Below, in pieces: positions 57,201 to 62,815 of a stretch of DNA of 64,000 nucleotides. This DNA is from Leptogorgia sarmentosa. Taxonomy: Eukaryota. The position numbers and the translations under genes are program-made. Under the pieces are notes generated by a model. It worked only from the letters and a program-made list of their open reading frames with translations. It had not been told where the DNA came from and searched no databases. Location of the stretch: assembly GCA_964658305.1 (NCBI GenBank), contig OZ210884.1:868001-932000 (forward strand). Direction: 5' to 3'. Position 1 is the stretch's first letter, and each line of letters begins with the position of its first letter.

Positions 57201-60200
57201 TTGAAAACTCACTGCTTGACGAAATCTATCAAAATTTGTTGTTCTAAAACATTTTGGATGGAATGTTTGGCACAAAGAATCTTCTACTTCCGTTTTGTTT
57301 GCTCTCTGCATGTTAAGACGAGTGTTTTGTGAAGTTATTTTTGTAGAAATAACTTCAAACAAAAAATTTCAAATATTAAAATAGAATGAGTTTGATCGGT
57401 GCATAGAAATTGAAGTGGAACACAGCAGAAAATGGTGGAAACGCGATCTCGAAAGCTTTCGCTTCGCCATGGAATTTGTCGTTATACTTAAGGAATAGAA
57501 AACATTTTCCATGTTTACATCGAGTTATGTAAACACGAGTGCAAGTTTGGGAGAACGAGAAATATGTGGAGACACGAGCACGAAAGGCGAGTGTTTCCAC
57601 ACATTTCGAGTTCTTCCAAACTTGCACGAGTGTTTACATAACTCAATCAGTGGCGTAGCCAGCGAAAAATATTTGGTCCTGCTTCGAGCGCCGAAGGCGC
57701 GAGAAATGTAGGGGGGTCCGGGGGTATCCTCCCCCGGAAAATTTTGAAAACTAGAACCTCGGAAATGCTATTTGCTGCGATCTGGGGACTGACTTATGAC
57801 AACCAGTTTCACTGAAATAAGGGTTATAATTTTGGCAAATTTAACACAAAGGTAGACAAAAAATGCGATAGATCAAGATTTGACATGAAATCCGTTTGTT
57901 AATTGCGTTGAATATTAGCTCAGATAGGTCATATGACTTGATTACCACGTACAGACATAAACACTGTAATAACTGGGCCCTGCGCAATGCAGACGCAGTT
58001 AAATGTTTATTTCAAAATAATATGTACTGTAGTTGATGTTGGCTGTGCATTGAAACCTTGTGCTTATCATGCTATTATTGTTACGTCTGTTGACATCTCA
58101 CAGTGAAGCATCAAGTCTTGATTTTATAGTAAAATGCTCTATATCATCTGCCGAGACATGAATATCACATAAAATATACAGCCTATACGTGTCTTTAAAC
58201 GGACAAAAGCTCTGTCTGTAGTCACGCTGAAAGCTGGTTGCATAGTTGTAATTTAGTCGCGCCACAACAGCCACAGTAAAACGCGTGAAATCACGCAGAA
58301 ATCTTGCTTTATAAATAATACATTTTTGGCAGTCCTGCCTTCGCGAGAGAGCAGGACCTCGCCGTTGTAAACAGCCGTCCTGAGCATGCGCAGGCCAAAT
58401 TACCCAATCAGAAACCAGAATTTTTTGTATTAAATAGTATTGCAACTCCTGCCTTCAAAAAATAGCAGGACTGAAACACGAGTCGCGTGTAAATCAATGA
58501 TTATCCGGAATTGACGCTTGTAGAGTCACAGTTGCTAGGTAACAGACATCAAATTGCGTAAATCTTTTAGTAAGCGGGATTCTTTGCTTAAATTTTTTTA
58601 AAAAATAATGAAAAATGACCAGAATTTCGACGAGAGAAAGGAAAATAAAAAAGGAATAATTTAAGTTTAGTTGGAAAATGATTTGTCCATTTTATGGAAA
58701 TTTTTTAGTCCTGCTCAGCAGGACCAGCAGGACCGCTAGCTACGCCACTGAACTCAATGTAAACATAGGAAAACGTTTTCTATTACTTTTATAAAATAAC
58801 ACGAAGATAAAAGCGGAATAACGCAATAGCGAGAAGCAGCGGGAAATAGCCATGTTTACATAATCTCACATCAACACGGCTGTTAGCCAATCACGCGCGC
58901 GCGATCTTTTTCACTTACTTCCGGTTAGTTTATAAAACACAGTGTTTTAAACACTTTGGATGAGAATTTTCGAACGTACAACGTTTTAGCTGTTTAGATG
59001 TTGAAGTATACATGTTAAATTGTGTGTTTTGGAGACATATTCTGCTAGAAATTGAGTTTTAAAGTCGTCTTATGCTTGACATTGGCTCAGACAGCATTGC
59101 ACAGCGGTATCATCCATGAGAGGCCCGACTTTGGACACCGAAAAAAAAAACAACAGAAAACTGAGCGAGGCGAATTTATAACTGTGAAAAAGTTAGTGAA
59201 TGCCACCTTCATGCATTGTTCAATGTTTATTTCTGTGGAAAGTTGTGTTACACTGCTGTTTATCAGCCAAACAATTGGCTTTGATGTGATATTGGCACCA
59301 GTCGCCGATAGCAACATGCTGAACACCATGAACATCACAATTAGGAATTAAATCCACTATGGTGGCGCAGTGCATGCTAAATTGCAAACAGCAGTAAAAC
59401 AAAATCAATGTGGTCATTAAACCTATGTAATTGATTAGCCAATTCCCAACTGACAACCTTTGGCATCTATATGTATTGTTGAGAGGGAACACAAAGTTGG
59501 AATAAACTTTAAGAGATAAATTGAAGCACCAGAGTATAAAAGGTGGCACACCTATATCTCTAACAAATGCTATTATTGTTTACGCTATTGGTTCCATGTT
59601 GTATGACCGGCATTGTCTAGTGTCTACTGCACTGTCCTTTGAAACAATCTAGAAATGCTTTGTGATCTCGATTAGGAAATAGTTAAATGTTATATGCTTG
59701 ACAGCCAGAAGTTGACGATATATATTGTATTATTATTATGTTGTATTGTATGCAACAATGTTACATGTGGGTGAAAGGGTTTGGCTCAGGGGCATAGAAT
59801 GCTGGGGACCACAGTTGCAATAACTTATAACATCCTCACCTACCCCAACTCCCCCGCCCATGTTCCCCTTAATTACTTGATTCGTCATTATTGCAGCCAA
59901 AAATTCTAGTTCAAAGGCACAAGGATTTCAGATGGAATGTGTATCAATTAACATAAGAGGTATACAAGATGCAGAAAATGCCATTTCCAGTAATCGAGAG
60001 GGTGCAAGTTCTCAGTTGCTGTCTTACTATTAATACTATAATGTAGAATTGTTCCCTGCTGCTTAAAGAAAAGCATGTCATATACAAAGACAATAAAAAT
60101 GTTATCTGCAGGCAAACACTTAATGCAGAATGAAATCATACCATGTATTATCTATTATTATATGGACAGCGGTATTTTATTGGGAACTAAAACACTCGTA

Positions 60201-61138
60201 GAACTCATACGCCACTACATCCGGGATACGGTGCGCGTATTTTCCGTATGTCACGCTTAGGGGTGACATAACCTTCCCGCCTTTTTCGTTGTTTACAAAT
60301 GGCTTCTACTTCAAGGTTTGTGAATTTAAGCGAAGACGATATTAGTACGTTTTGCGACGAACAATAAAGCTACAATACTACAATAAACTACATTAAAGCG
60401 GTATTTTATAATCTATATTTAGTAAAGGCTAATTTTAAAGCCATTAATTGTCGTGTTTTAGACTGCATGTTTTCATTAAAAGAGTAGTTGTTGTGTATTT
60501 GTGTCACTCTGAATAAGTCCATATAATAAACAGAACATTACACGGTTCGCTCGAACATATGGATTTTATGTTCTCGTGGCAAGAACAATATCTCACTCGT
60601 TCGCTGCGCTCACTCGTGAGATATTGTTCTTGCCACTCGAACATAAAATCCATATCTTCTCGCAACCGTGTAATATCCTATATTTATGCAACACCTATTC
60701 TATAAGTGTCAACAAATGGGCACAAGTTTCCAAACAAATTATTATTGTATATTCAAAGATATATGCTTTAGACGAATTTCACCGTGAATGAAATATGTCT
60801 GAATATAATCCCAGAATTAAAATTCAGAAAATTGCTATTTGGGGAATTTGTGCCCGATATAAATGATATAAATACTGTACAATAAAAACAAATATGAATC
60901 TACAGAAAAATGCATCATTGTGGTCGATATAACTGAGAGTCCCTCTTGACTATTTATTCTTTTGTTAATCAAAATACCCACCTCTTGAAGCTCTTTCATT
61001 GCTCTCCATCGGTTGTTCGGCGCATTCAGTTGTAGAAGTCGACGCTGTTGATTGCTGCTCATCCCTTGCAACAGATCCAGAGATATTCCTTGTTTGTTGC
61101 TCCGCGTTTATTGGAATTTTATCCCCTTCTCCCTCCAT
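1..61138 (-). CDS. RNF213: RNF213/mysterin-like E3 ubiquitin ligase-AAA+ ATPase; spliced, 56 coding exons in window, 3' part runs off the left edge
   Basis: Hand-spliced exons join in frame (~11558 nt). Motifs recognisable from RNF213 include ELKVFVDLAMISAGE, DPSWAEL, HPYIFFN, YELTTDN, CGIPVIIMGETGCGKT, VHGG, FFDEANT, GSIPLRQLVYRVH, FVSLRDVER, GKPGSSKS, VLDEIGLAEDSP, SNWALDPAKMNRG, FFGLRDFYSL, FGSSFPKD, LYESLYDALNQ, DLGLGNHRVKCRV and PLINRLEKH. Confidence 0.96.
1197..1374 (-). CDS. RNF213: RNF213-like exon 55
   Basis: LLKNCLQAAAARIYD...RATKRIEILL. Confidence 0.9.
1805..2240 (-). CDS. RNF213: RNF213-like exon 54
   Basis: LLVQCD...LIACCRY...HIVFIIQLP...FVGFQGGKWESVHIDEL. Confidence 0.94.
2602..2738 (-). 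CDS. RNF213: RNF213-like exon 53
   Basis: ITTHSRLL...LQEFHTEQQF. Confidence 0.93.
3174..3377 (-). CDS. RNF213: RNF213-like exon 52
   Basis: LLQCASPDAIARL...YFENQKHGSL. Confidence 0.94.
4250..4352 (-). CDS. RNF213: RNF213-like exon 51
   Basis: DCFVGYHSDTAAAV. Confidence 0.93.
5104..5292 (-). CDS. RNF213: RNF213-like exon 50
   Basis: LIVVAEKDDVYNRFAIPLINRLEKH. Confidence 0.95.
5503..5588 (-). CDS. RNF213: RNF213-like exon 49
   Basis: YYVYLADQRYVDLGLGNHRVKCRV. Confidence 0.96.
6037..6132. repeat. Degenerate ~29-bp tandem repeat, about 3.5 copies
   Basis: AAATATTCTxxGAAAATCTCTC unit. Confidence 0.65.
6264..6371 (-). CDS. RNF213: RNF213-like exon 48
   Basis: ICRNINRIKVCMETGRMVILLNLDSLYESLYDALNQ. 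Confidence 0.96.
7119..7248 (-). CDS. RNF213: RNF213-like exon 47
   Basis: ESRYLLVLTENYAAL...IFGSSFPKDQQYTQ. Confidence 0.96.
7660..7814. mobile_element. hAT-type MITE
   Basis: TIR CAGTGGCGTAGC-AGAACGATAATT; 8-bp TSD AGCATATG. Confidence 0.9.
7983..8038 (-). CDS. RNF213: RNF213-like exon 46 (56 bp)
   Basis: YPSPLNLIKESLGRTEDE; bridges phase 0 to 2. Confidence 0.85.
8624..8789 (-). CDS. RNF213: RNF213-like exon 45
   Basis: SLVKMVY...IRRNFSG. Confidence 0.94.
9297..9455 (-). CDS. RNF213: RNF213-like exon 44
   Basis: GIC...EFFGLRDFY. Confidence 0.95.
9696..10516. mobile_element. TIR element containing a nested hairpin-class fragment (~9908-10330)
   Basis: ATGCGACCAGGCCTTAAATTCGCCATTT (9711) / AAATGGCGGATTTTGAGGCCTGGTCGCAT (to 10502). 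Confidence 0.6.
10733..10966. mobile_element. Harbinger-like MITE (diverged)
   Basis: AAGGTAGTTTTCCATTGCAGTCGCT...AGCGACTGTGATGTAAAACGGCCTT imperfect TIRs. Confidence 0.5.
11016..11368 (-). CDS. RNF213: RNF213-like exon 43 (AAA4 Walker B)
   Basis: QCSPLST...VVVLDEIGLAEDSP...SNWALDPAKMNRG. Confidence 0.97.
11669..11891 (-). CDS. RNF213: RNF213-like exon 42 (AAA4 Walker A)
   Basis: IARNTALSENVFMM...IPLFVVGKPGSSKSLA. Confidence 0.96.
12018..12370 (+). mobile_element. Hairpin-ended element family D; copies 36920-37259 (-), 53205-53520 (+), relative 57488-58938 (-)
   Basis: Near-identical copies. GATTGG box near one end, long imperfect hairpin with apex ACAC-TC-GCAC-TTC-GTGC-TC-GTGT. Confidence 0.85.
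13523..13848 (+). mobile_element. Hairpin-ended element family F; internally deleted copy at 15375-15562
   Basis: CTGGACGCTGATTGGCT start; hairpin GAAGTATTAATGAAAAATTGCAC...GTGCAATTTTTCATTAATACTTC. Confidence 0.8.
13870..14030 (-). CDS. RNF213: RNF213-like exon 41
   Basis: RAVILGIGVCYYARL. Confidence 0.93.
15014..15199 (-). CDS. RNF213: RNF213-like exon 40
   Basis: NECSFVSLRDVERAMKVIMWF. Confidence 0.95.
15691..15908. mobile_element. Harbinger-like MITE (diverged)
   Basis: GGGCGCTTT...AAAGCGCCC termini with subterminal CAGACCGGTCTGAC inverted repeat. Confidence 0.6.
16588..16647 (-). CDS. RNF213: RNF213-like exon 39
   Basis: IVKVLSASQKYMR; acceptor taken as the first AG after the pyrimidine tract. 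Confidence 0.85.
17057..17211 (-). CDS. RNF213: RNF213-like exon 38
   Basis: GSIPLRQLVYRVHPLPESMRPLVWDFGQL. Confidence 0.95.
17344..17599 (-). mobile_element. Hairpin-ended element family A copy, one arm deleted
   Basis: Reverse complement match to 45071-45459. Confidence 0.85.
18188..18270 (-). CDS. RNF213: RNF213-like exon 37
   Basis: HTEEMIKKLESAGLGYHV. Confidence 0.95.
18633..18868 (-). CDS. RNF213: RNF213-like exon 36 (AAA3 Walker B)
   Basis: VHGGT...VLFFDEANTT...IAACNPYR. Confidence 0.96.
19474..19591 (-). CDS. RNF213: RNF213-like exon 35 (AAA3 Walker A)
   Basis: CGIPVIIMGETGCGKTRLIRFMC. Confidence 0.96.
19891..20013 (-). CDS. RNF213: RNF213-like exon 34
   Basis: DPDHTYELTTDNVEKILAIHTRF; AAG acceptor. 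Confidence 0.92.
20111..20305 (-). CDS. RNF213: RNF213-like exon 33
   Basis: PHPYIFFNHDRVSMTFLGF. Confidence 0.95.
20973..21085 (-). CDS. RNF213: RNF213-like exon 32
   Basis: DFATRSL...LAPFQMRRRWE. Confidence 0.93.
21289..21460 (-). CDS. RNF213: RNF213-like exon 31
   Basis: YCGIPDPSWAELYHFVNFL...MIQMSR. Confidence 0.95.
21620..22102 (+). mobile_element. Hairpin-ended element family B; fragment at 7829-7952
   Basis: TTATTATATGGCT..CTGATTGGCT..AGCCATATAATA plus hairpin TTATTGACC...GGTCAATAA. Confidence 0.8.
22746..22911 (-). CDS. RNF213: RNF213-like exon 30
   Basis: FRSEEYQRTFQYL...LDQF. Confidence 0.9.
23738..23849 (-). CDS. RNF213: RNF213-like exon 29
   Basis: FLPRTHCITPRETL. Confidence 0.88.
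24565..24744 (-). CDS. RNF213: RNF213-like exon 28
   Basis: GLDNFLFQLVIL...GNVWRR...YVIE. Confidence 0.92.
24958..25278 (+). mobile_element. Hairpin-ended element family L (partial)
   Basis: TTGTTATATAGC..GATTGG..GCTATATAACAA then one hairpin arm. Confidence 0.6.
25482..25737 (-). CDS. RNF213: RNF213-like exon 27 (AAA2 Walker A-like RAGMGKS)
   Basis: VRVIQSFRAGMGKSL...IFHLDM. Confidence 0.93.
26194..26436. mobile_element. MITE with CTG/CAG flanks; a one-end fragment of the same family at ~33998-34044
   Basis: GGACCAGTTGTACGAA..AACCTAAACGGTGGATAAG / CTTATCCACCGTTCAGGTT..TTCGTACAACCGGCCC. Confidence 0.7.
27008..27209 (-). CDS. RNF213: RNF213-like exon 26
   Basis: YHLVVICSSENEDKS...AASVD. 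Confidence 0.9.
27683..28143. mobile_element. MITE with TAGGGAGCTCAAGATC / GATCTTAAGCTCGCTA termini
   Basis: Imperfect terminal inverted repeats, no ORF. Confidence 0.6.
28415..28550 (-). CDS. RNF213: RNF213-like exon 25
   Basis: VELLWRRA...FCLVNADLLDYDVS. Confidence 0.92.
29126..29232 (-). CDS. RNF213: RNF213-like exon 24
   Basis: VLSLFMGDGDKPLPTDEEVIVCDENTTVEE. Confidence 0.92.
29840..29914 (-). CDS. RNF213: RNF213-like exon 23
   Basis: RKLPAVLKEGEPNLLLVP. Confidence 0.9.
30305..30423 (-). CDS. RNF213: RNF213-like exon 22
   Basis: TYLTLEVLAAVLENL. Confidence 0.88.
30571..31409 (-). CDS. RNF213: RNF213-like exon 21 (includes acidic/UBA-like insertion)
   Basis: 839-bp exon; WKDTINDKRHHCYSLNHFTLKQILNL. 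Confidence 0.92.
32137..32451 (-). CDS. RNF213: RNF213-like exon 20
   Basis: LPWLKQIKESHGSV...YSLEEIKDVQSKLMLIAG. Confidence 0.92.
32796..33013 (-). CDS. RNF213: RNF213-like exon 19
   Basis: ELKVFVDLAMISAGEEDMEIDRI...GFGSLIF. Confidence 0.95.
33383..33545 (-). CDS. RNF213: RNF213-like exon 18
   Basis: CLVTFTECFELVTWLRKSIK. Confidence 0.9.
34789..35366 (-). CDS. RNF213: RNF213-like exon 17 (stalk)
   Basis: SKIFEKLW...AANAIEALGKKMSLKGDFS. Confidence 0.92.
35609..35920 (-). CDS. RNF213: RNF213-like exon 16
   Basis: SVKDGSVTVATLQLLKEH...RKDELDAF. Confidence 0.88.
36452..36656 (-). CDS. RNF213: RNF213-like exon 15
   Basis: LGKAWP...LLKHLLYWPTWPGFL. Confidence 0.88.
36920..37259 (-). mobile_element. 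Hairpin-ended element family D copy
   Basis: Reverse complement of 12018-12370. Confidence 0.85.
37377..39905. mobile_element. Non-autonomous foldback DNA transposon, ~960-bp TIRs, TTAA target site (Kolobok-like termini)
   Basis: TTAA|GAGGCTGTCTCC...GGAGACGGCCTC|TTAA. Arms 37377-~38335 and ~38948-39905 are near-identical reverse complements; no transposase. Confidence 0.88.
40009..40125 (-). CDS. RNF213: RNF213-like exon 14
   Basis: ATPLRRIELFCKSDKQECHPDIVTCLSEIAFKAVEKVVE. Confidence 0.85.
40510..41090. mobile_element. hAT-type MITE
   Basis: TIR CAGTGCCGGATTA...TAATCCGGCGCTG; 8-bp TSD GCTATACC. Confidence 0.88.
41326..41421 (-). CDS. RNF213: RNF213-like exon 13
   Basis: AWNELLSLSVPEIFYKPWHKIFMDKFRGRVHK. 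Confidence 0.85.
41535..41910 (-). CDS. RNF213: RNF213-like exon 12
   Basis: PEDFPKERQKETLVLL...QWEQELC; GTAAGT donor. Confidence 0.85.
42889..42944 (-). CDS. RNF213: RNF213-like exon 11 (56 bp)
   Basis: VEGLASFFKEINQTLSAM; ttttag/GTATAT; needed to bridge phase 0 to 2. Confidence 0.72.
43176..43533 (+). mobile_element. Hairpin-ended element family C; copies 2776-2955 (+) and 55030-55198 (-)
   Basis: Shared ATAATTCAAGAGTTTTGATTGG start and CTCGACCTCATTCAATAATTG end. Confidence 0.75.
44002..44203 (-). CDS. RNF213: RNF213-like exon 10
   Basis: LKGMFDMDRLLKRTFLLLCP. Confidence 0.88.
44809..45030 (-). CDS. RNF213: RNF213-like exon 9
   Basis: WLSALPLLHFLRRESKPFE motif. Confidence 0.9.
45071..45459 (+). 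mobile_element. Hairpin-ended element family A
   Basis: TTATTATACATT..CTGATTGGCT..AATGTATAATAA, then hairpin AACAATTATT...GCC-TC-GCC-TTC-GGC-TC-GG...AATAATTGTT. Confidence 0.85.
46282..46535 (-). CDS. RNF213: RNF213-like exon 8
   Basis: LFDEILMPKVLKNL...LLKCLRLPP; in phase. Confidence 0.85.
47318..47607 (-). CDS. RNF213: RNF213-like exon 7
   Basis: TFNKYDGFIYPEP...FFPKWSGF; canonical splice sites, in phase. Confidence 0.85.
48394..48608 (-). CDS. RNF213: RNF213-like exon 6 (CBM20-like)
   Basis: CAYKYVLL...YEYLVEF...GIVNRCLVV. Confidence 0.88.
49089..49241 (-). CDS. RNF213: RNF213-like exon 5 (start of CBM20-like segment)
   Basis: FTVIFHAMLSNKFKLVDNTQIEIRGQRPVFDGWEKSG. Confidence 0.85.
49457..49839 (+). 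mobile_element. PIF/Harbinger-type internally deleted element
   Basis: TIR AGGCCGCCGCACACGA...TCGTGTGCGGCGGCCT; TTA TSD; internal aacATGGCG ORF start ending in LLLLLLLRRRRRR. Confidence 0.75.
49977..50065 (-). CDS. RNF213: RNF213-like exon 4
   Basis: GCDAVSSRKRKADELQESRKTRKQIETNF; cag/GTAAGG; bridges phase 0 to 2. Confidence 0.75.
50871..51685 (-). CDS. RNF213: RNF213-like exon 3 (acidic, disordered N-arm)
   Basis: 815-bp stop-free acidic ORF; tttttaag acceptor and GTAAGG donor. Confidence 0.8.
52289..52572. repeat. ~30-bp tandem repeats (AATGTCCTGGAT...) followed by a ~55-bp inverted repeat
   Basis: CATATGAGATACTGCGAGGTGTACCCTATCCTACCAGAC (52370) with its reverse complement ending at 52572. 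Confidence 0.75.
53205..53520 (+). mobile_element. Hairpin-ended element family D copy, apex deleted
   Basis: Matches 12078-12360 except for the apex. Confidence 0.85.
53675..53803 (-). CDS. RNF213: RNF213-like exon 2
   Basis: ttttag acceptor; DRGNKRKYDPAPCTRGDVLDVGPTKEKRTNVELLEQDHLITFR; G|GTAGGT donor; phase 1/1. Confidence 0.65.
54643..54857. repeat. Inverted repeat, probable MITE relic
   Basis: TATTACCAAAATCAGTAGAG ... CTCTACTGATTTTGGTAATA. Confidence 0.6.
55540..56165 (-). pseudogene. Decayed P-element/THAP9-like transposase fragment
   Basis: In order, with stops and frameshifts: LKLVRNAL; LKLGNK; HIQFEEHKMNVSLAAQTL; SVADDIEF; IIDKLFDLLNSRNP; FLLGF; YLLSYKYS*DHIEMLFSCI. Confidence 0.85.
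57648..58750. mobile_element. hAT-type non-autonomous element
   Basis: TIR CAGTGGCGTAGC...GCTACGCCACTG; perfect 8-bp TSD AACTCAAT (57640-57647, 58751-58758). Confidence 0.9.
60155..60683 (+). mobile_element. Hairpin-ended element family E
   Basis: TTATTATATGGAC..GTCCATATAATAA plus ~140-bp hairpin with apex TCAC-TC-GT-TC-GC-TGC-GC-TC-AC-TC-GTGA. Confidence 0.8.
60982..61138 (-). CDS. RNF213: RNF213-like coding exon 1 (start codon)
   Basis: MEGEGDKIPINAEQQTRNISGSVARDEQQSTASTSTTECAEQPMESNERASR; G|GTGGGT donor, phase 1 matches the next exon. No homology support for this disordered segment. Confidence 0.65.
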
Positions 61139-61224
61139 TCGAGAAAAACTTTGAAAACTTCGGCCTACATTTCAACTATATTTTTTACAATGCTATGCAC
61201 ATGACCTATAAAAACCTAACAATA

Positions 61225-61290
61225 AAAGTCAAACCGAAGTAAATATACCTGGAAATCGTTTGGGTTTTCCCAGAAATTGCCCGGAAGTGA
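61225..61290. promoter_or_regulatory. Putative promoter-proximal motif cluster: Rel/NF-kB-like GGGTTTTCCC (61262-61271) and ETS CCGGAAGTG (61281-61289)
   Basis: Both motifs lie within the inferred first exon/TSS region; function untested. Confidence 0.4.
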
Positions 61291-61300
61291 ATCCTGTGGT
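61249..61300 (-). other. Putative non-coding first exon (5' UTR) of the RNF213-like gene; 5' end approximate
   Basis: CAG|GTATAT donor at 61248. An 84-bp intron ends at a TAG acceptor (61165-61166) just upstream of the ATG exon. Confidence 0.5.
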
Positions 61301-61354
61301 GAGATACGTTTACACGACGCCGGAGCAGAGTGACGGCATATATAGACGACGGCT

Positions 61355-61680
61355 GAGTAGCCAATCAGAATGTAGCATTTGTAATAGACGATGGTTGGGT
61401 GTATACTAATTTACAATTAGATTACGAGCTCGAGATTTCTATATATATTTAGTAGAATCATACTCGTATACTATTGCAAATGCTGCAATTTGATTGGCTA
61501 CTCTACTCGCTATCTATTCCTCGATAGATAGCGAGTAGCAAAATATGTGAATTTTCGTTCAAGAAAATGTCTTCTGACACGCGGTTTTAAATTATTTTTT
61601 TCAATATTTTCATGTTTGATCTCTTATTCTACTAAAACAATTAGATTACTCGCTCTCGAGCTCGTAATCTAATTGTTAAA
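61355..61680. mobile_element. Hairpin-ended element remnants, rearranged in inverted orientation
   Basis: AGTAGCCAATCA / TGATTGGCTACT and ACAATTAGATTACGAGCTCGAG / CTCGAGCTCGTAATCTAATTGT inverted pairs. Confidence 0.6.
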
Positions 61681-61694
61681 TATATTATTAAGAT

Positions 61695-61970
61695 GAAAAG
61701 ATTTGACTCTGGTTTGCTAAAAACGTTAAAACTACGTTTATTGAAAAAGATCTCAAGACGTTTCGACCAGCGACTTAGGTCTTCGTCAGTTAAAAAGTTA
61801 ACTAGGTTCAAAACTGAACAATATATATAGGTTCAGAGTTAATTAGCCGAAAAGTGTTTTATATACATCCGGTATTTCGATATGGTCGTTTCCTGCGTTA
61901 TGATCCTTAAGGGAATACCAAGCCTCTAAGAACAGGCGTTCGCGATAGTTTTTTGTTTTGTTGACAATGG
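61695..61970 (-). mobile_element. Penelope-like retroelement 3' fragment (GIY-YIG endonuclease C-terminus plus 3' region)
   Basis: Minus strand 61970-61843 reads IVNKTKNYRERLFLEAWYSLKDHNAGNDHIEIPDVYKTLFG*, resembling the PLE GIY-YIG tail, followed by a hammerhead motif. Confidence 0.8.
61751..61795 (-). ncRNA. Minimal type I hammerhead ribozyme motif
   Basis: UUUUAA-CUGACGA-A-GACC(uaagucgcu)GGUC-GAA-ACGU-C^UUGAGA: core boxes, stem II, palindromic ACGU helix III, stem I with GU pairs. Confidence 0.75.
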
Positions 61971-62417
61971 TATATATATATATATAAATTGTGGTATTGT
62001 TGTATTGTGGTTGACAATGGTATATGGGGAGCCCTTTCTATTGAAACCGAAGAGGCGAAAAAGTTCAAGTTGACAAAATGATAGATATCCCTACAGAGAC
62101 ATTCAGTAGCGGGACAGAATGAGATAATCTAATTGTCGTGAGTCGCGGGTAAAGTTCGCGGGTCGCTGGTATTTTTCGCACGTCGCGGGTCGCAAAATTT
62201 TTCGCGGGTCAGCGAATTTTTGTACCGAATCTAATTTCATGCACGAGAGGATCTACAGTTTCAGATTCAACTTTCATATTCGGAGTCAGAATCAGAATCT
62301 GAAACGAAAATATTCGCACAATATTCTAAAGTATTCTATGTTCGAATATCAGGTGGGGTACATTCAAAAGTATTCCCATCTGAATACTACAAATTTTCAA
62401 GGGATATTCGCTTGTTA

Positions 62418-62559
62418 GGCCTGTTTCAAACGTCGAACTTTAGTTGCGTCGAATGCAATTCAGACAAAGGATAATGAGCTGATAATGAGGCAAGTTATCT
62501 CATTATCTATTGTTCTAATTGCATTCGACGCGACTAAAGTTCGACGTATGAAACAGGCC
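62418..62559. mobile_element. Harbinger-type MITE
   Basis: Long TIR GGCCTGTTTCAAACGTCGAACTTTAGT; TTA/TAA flanks. Confidence 0.75.
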
Positions 62560-62815
62560 TAATACGTGTGATTACGTCAGAATACTAGCAGTATTCTAAA
62601 TAATATATTCACACAATTCACACCAGAATATTCGCCTTTTTAAACAGCGGGCGGTCTATTATTCACTAAGTAAGCGACTGCTTAACTAAGCAACTTTTCG
62701 GCCACGCCATGACGCCAATGCGGTGTATACAGTCCATTCTTGGAGTATTTTTGATGCTTTTATTACTTAAAATATTCAATTTGCAATTATAGACTACGAG
62801 CTCGAATACTAAACT

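Noticed and set aside
59052..59549. Overlapping hydrophobic ORFs suggesting a nested membrane-protein gene
   Set aside because: No recognisable motif or coherent exon structure; BLASTx would be needed
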